A stretch of DNA of 54,796 bases, filler included, from Sluysia triapertura (taxonomy: Eukaryota), in assembly GCA_046118255.1 (NCBI GenBank). It is 4 parts of 4 records of this genome, joined end to end, with 100 filler letters (N's around TTAATTAATTAA, not from the genome) between each part and the next. Parts side by side here need not be neighbours in the genome. Positions count along the whole stretch, not along the records: positions 43,765 to 54,796 come from JBJNIA010189842.1; 3 more parts are not named here. One strand, written 5' to 3'. Position numbers and translations under genes: made by a program. The notes under the pieces were generated by a model, which saw only the letters and a list, made by a program, of their open reading frames with translations, had not been told where the DNA came from and did not search any database. Below, piece after piece: positions 50,625-54,796 of this stretch. Each line of letters starts with the position of its first letter. The stretch's first letter is position 1.

Positions 50625-53077
50625 CTAGTTCCACAAGTTGGTGATGAACTAACTTTATATCAAATGCCAATGTCAAATCAATCATTACAAATTCCAGACT
50701 TACCATTACCAGACATTGTTGAATCTACACTCCATTTATCAGATGTGTCATGGGGATCACCATCAACAATTACATCAGAAGAAAATTCAGATTCAGGAAT
50801 CAACTCAGATATTCAAGACACAATAATGATAATGACTAATATAAGAAAAAGAAACTACAATAATAAATACTGTTTTGGGAAAATAACTTGTTGGTTTACT
50901 ATCTTAATTGCGATTTTTCTGTCACTAATAACTAATGTCGCAGCAACAGAAACGGACGAAGAATATAAAAATGTGAATATATCTATAAATCATGGTAGGG
51001 AGCAGAAAATAATGATTACTGATATTTACAACCAATTTTGGAAATTTGAATTCATTTCTAAGAAAATGATTCTTCGATACAAATTCGAAATTTATTGTGT
51101 CTATTTGAAGCCATTGCAAGTTGGAAAGCCACATCATTTAAACTGTATCCCACATTGTTTACATTACGGTTATATACCAATGTTAATAATTTTCTCTTTT
51201 GATACTCCAAGAAATACACAAGACACACAGAAATTTATTAAACAAATAGATCAGTTGCGAAATAAAGAAACAACGAAAATACAGACAACTCCACCTGTAT
51301 ATAATACAATTAAGAAATCAATAGGTAATTCAAACAATTCAACTACAAAAGATACAATGGAAAACTCCTATAAATTCTTCATAATGTTACTAATTTTTAT
51401 AATACTATATATATTTTGGACCATACTCTATTTGATCCAAGTAAGTAAGAAAATACGGGTTCCCACGAATAATAAAAATCTTATACCTTTAATTTTAATC
51501 AATAATAACGATAGTTCAATGTCACGAAAAATCTTTTAAGACGGAATATTTCGAATTCTATAATGTAGACAATGAAGTAAAAGTAAAAATATTGAATGAG
51601 AACATTCATGCCAAGTTTGCATGTTTGAAACCTGCCAGACTTAATTTTAGCTCATGAATTATACACGAAAATTATATCGATAGTGAATTAAGATAACCAG
51701 TTACGATTTTCTCAGACATTTTACCGATCGAGGATAGACATATTACAGTAAGATTTCGTCATTCATCAAAATATTTACATTTCGCATTTAAAGGAATAAG
51801 AAAAAATCTAACAATATTGGAGATACTACGGAATGACCCAGCGTTAGTAATATTAATTGTAGCGGAAATATTGTTCATAATAGCTTTGGCTATAGTGGTA
51901 TTGACTATCATTATGTTTACCTCGAATAGATGTCGATACCCATGCCTACCACATAACAATAGTAATGATGACAACGACGCATACACAGTTCCACACAGAA
52001 ACAATTACGCTCCTCCTCCAGGTATGCCAATATTTCCACCTCCAATTTACGAATATGCTACAAATAGTCAAATACCGCTCAGGTACGGAGATTGGCAAAT
52101 GACTCAAGTCAAATCTACCATCTTAATATGTATCTACTTATCGTATATATCAAGTGCAAATTATCTATCAGAAAACGCCACACCTAAAGTGATTTTAATC
52201 TCTACTCAAAAAGACGTATATGCTAGGATAATGACTGACAAAATTAAGTTATTTTCGGCTAGAATAAAGTGCTGTATAATGGATTGGTGTGAAATTGAAA
52301 CAAGAGCAATTAAACAGGACTTCTATTGGTTTATACCTTGTATTGATCTTGCCGAATACCAACTAATTAGTGTAACTATAACAATGGAATTAGAATATGA
52401 CTCTCAAAGCGACTCCAGAACTATCCAAATCCGATATTATAAGATAAGAACTAAACCTTTTATCTTTCGACAATCTTCAACAAAAATGGAATTTCCAATG
52501 ATCATCTATCGCGATCCCCGAAATGTTGTACGCATTCATAATCCACTACACAATAATAAATTATTGATTGCTTTCGAACTGAGTAATGGATTACGTTATG
52601 GAATAATATTGCCTAACGAAACCATTCGTTTATATCATATTCCGAACAATGCACTCATGTTTGTTCTGGATAATAAGAAAAGACGAAATACTTAATTCTA
52701 AAGGATTCTGGCCATCAATGAGGTATCACGACGTACAGGTACCAATTATAAATAAAAACGGAAATGATTCGGATTCAAAACCAAAGAAAATACTTCAAAT
52801 CACTAACAATGGTACGAATGTAACGAATAACGAGTATAAGAACATTAATTTGACTACTACTAGTACAAATAAGATCACAATTCTAAATACTACTAGGTTA
52901 AATGAGAAACCGCATAAGGAAAACTCTAACTGCTCAACTATAAAAGAATCCAACAATAATTTCATAACAACTGTAAATTACATTTTAATAATAACCTCTT
53001 TATTAACCGTAATAATCAATTTTATTATTCCAAAGTTTTACCTGTTTATTAGGCATAGGGGACATTTCTTTATATAA
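50625..53077 (+). pseudogene. Membrane-glycoprotein portion of a polyprotein (three signal peptide-ectodomain-TM units)
   Basis: In frame with the protease across TAG 50622-50624. ORFs 50664, 51817 and 52649 join through +1 shifts at ~51500 and ~52680 and stops at 51655 and 51694. Six alternating hydrophobic segments; multiple N-x-S/T sequons. Confidence 0.7.
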
Positions 53078-53351
53078 ACTTTTAACACATATTGCATAAT
53101 TGACCATATGTAATGGCACTCCCATTCATGTTGGGTCATATGTAGTATTAAATTCATTAAAAATAAATTTTGTAAATATAGTAAGGATTGTGCATATGAC
53201 TGTATGTGGTGGATTACCACCCATCTCGAGTCATGCACTTAAAATATTACTTAAATTTACGTATAAGTTTAGGATTTTTAATTTTCTTTTTTAACATTAT
53301 TTATTTATTATCTTATTACATATTTTTATTTTTCAGTTAGTATAACCAATA

Positions 53352-53660
53352 ATGTCCTTTTCAACGTGTGCCATCTGTCTGCGCTCACTTCGTAAGTACT
53401 TCGCAAAAACCTCTCCTAGCTTCCACTGTTTCCACTTTTTTTGCCTCTACCATCTCTTTGATTCTTCTCCTACACCCTTACCAAGCTATCCTTTATGCAG
53501 AGCTACTATTCATAAGTACGATATCTTTTATAAGCGTATCTTTCAACGATCGTATGAATTCACGATCAAGTATATAACAGACGATTCAGAAGAACCTGGC
53601 ATTGATTTATATCAACCAGAATCGCCTGTAAGGAAAAGTAACATAAGTAAAAATGGATGA
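53352..53660 (+). CDS. Small degenerate RING-finger protein (102 aa)
   Basis: CAIC..FHCFHFFCLYHL..YPLCR; two or more ligand positions altered; acidic tail; splice acceptor at 53336. Confidence 0.55.
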   Translation: MSFSTCAICLRSLRKYFAKTSPSFHCFHFFCLYHLFDSSPTPLPSYPLCRATIHKYDIFYKRIFQRSYEFTIKYITDDSEEPGIDLYQPESPVRKSNISKNG

Positions 53661-53926
53661 ATAAGACCGCCTCCAAATTTTCCTAAAGCTTTAACTAAGT
53701 CACAAAGATGCAACAGGAGAAGGCGTCAGTTAAAGCATTTTTATAAACAAAAAGAACAAAAACATCTAAACCTTCTAAAATCCCTAACCCGTTCTTAAAA
53801 AAGAGATGTTAGGTTTTCCAAAAAATTGTTTCCATTGTTATAGTACAATTAAATTACTAATAAGCTTACTTAGTCATAATTTTTTTTGTACAATTTTATG
53901 TTCTATTCTCTTCTATACAGACAAAT

Positions 53927-54796
53927 ATGCAAGCCAAGATCCTCAATCAACCCAACAATTTTTATGTTCACGTGGATAAATTCTGCCACCAGAGTATTAC
54001 CCCCGCCTTCTTTTCTTGCTCGGTCGAGACACCTAATAACCTTAAGTCCGAACTAAATATTAATCTAGCTACACACATTTTTTCTTTAAAACCCGAAACA
54101 CCTTTAGTTTCACTTGATGGTTTATCTCAAATCCCTGAGACAATAGATTCTTTGTATTTGGCTGTGGCACGAGGAGTAGTTAAAGTTGCATTATTCGATA
54201 ATGGCGTTCCATTTCATACTCGTGTCCACATGTTTTCCTCACTGTACATATCAAAAATTCACAAAAAATGTAACATCATTATCGAGGCTACAGAATATCC
54301 TACCTCAATTGCTCTTCTTTTTCCCTTACCTCTCTCTTCTTTTCAGTCCTTTTTGCCCAATTTGTATAAGGATGATAATGCTAATCTAACACGATGGAAA
54401 AATGGAACATCTTTTACTCATGTTCCACCCATGTCGGCTGAGGATGAGGACCGTTTAGTCTTTGTAGCGTACTCGTATGCCTACGATTTTTTAAATCAAC
54501 CCCACATTACTCAAATATCCTTACTCCCGTCAATTCCATACTGATATAAACATAAAACCACGACTGCGTATTAAGAACTTTGTCCGAGACGTTCATGAGA
54601 TGAAGGATTCGGATATTTCCGAAGCAAAGGATATTGATGATGTCCGCCCTTTCTTGCTAGGACATCTTCATGATAAGATAATGGTCTCACTAAATCCATG
54701 CCTTATTATCCATGATTTGGATCTTCCATTTGGTTGGCTCAAAGGGATTATTAATTTATCTAATAATAATCTAGTATCTTATTCCACAGACAACGC
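53927..54796 (+). CDS. Unknown protein, more than 280 codons, one frameshift near 54510-54540, runs off the window
   Basis: The 205-aa ORF overlaps a second frame (KYPYSRQFHTDINIKPRLRIKNFVRDVHEMKD..LPFGWLKGIINLS..) that is open to the window end; acceptor at 53920. Confidence 0.6.

Noticed and set aside
50272-54796. Standard Ty3/Gypsy gag-pol-env interpretation
   Set aside because: No RT (YxDD), RNase H, integrase or CCHC gag motif adjoins the protease within the window.
1-54796. CRISPR arrays, rRNA, tRNA, prokaryotic operons
   Set aside because: None seen; the sequence is intron-containing eukaryotic DNA.

Overview
AT-rich eukaryotic DNA, most likely from a flatworm (npp-5-type PWamide precursor, 33-41 nt mini-introns, abundant mariner/Tc1 relics). 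The window is four pieces joined by 100-nt N44-TTAATTAATTAA-N44 assembly spacers (17819-17918, 28880-28979, 43665-43764), so adjacency across those spacers is unproven. Host genes: 3' part of a Yurt/EPB41L5-like FERM gene, a PWamide neuropeptide precursor, 3' end of a single-pass membrane protein gene, and five exons of a DOCK1-5-like GEF. Mobile relics: Tc1/Tc3/mariner copies and MITEs, LINE fragments, and a decayed Polinton/Maverick capsid-protease block in a DOCK intron. Two things stand out. (1) The last piece (43765-54796) is a compact virus-like gene island. It contains a decayed ~930-codon polyprotein made of a retropepsin followed by three signal peptide-ectodomain-TM glycoprotein units with a PPxY motif, plus two RING genes and unknown ORFs. 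(2) Two unrelated cargo genes (an MCM5 N-terminus-only chimera and an orphan ~520-codon gene) each sit just downstream of the same ~0.5-0.7 kb non-coding module with repeated motifs and twin hairpins. One of these cassettes (2.87 kb) interrupts a Tc1-like element with a 13-bp duplication. All assignments were made by eye; no database searches were run.
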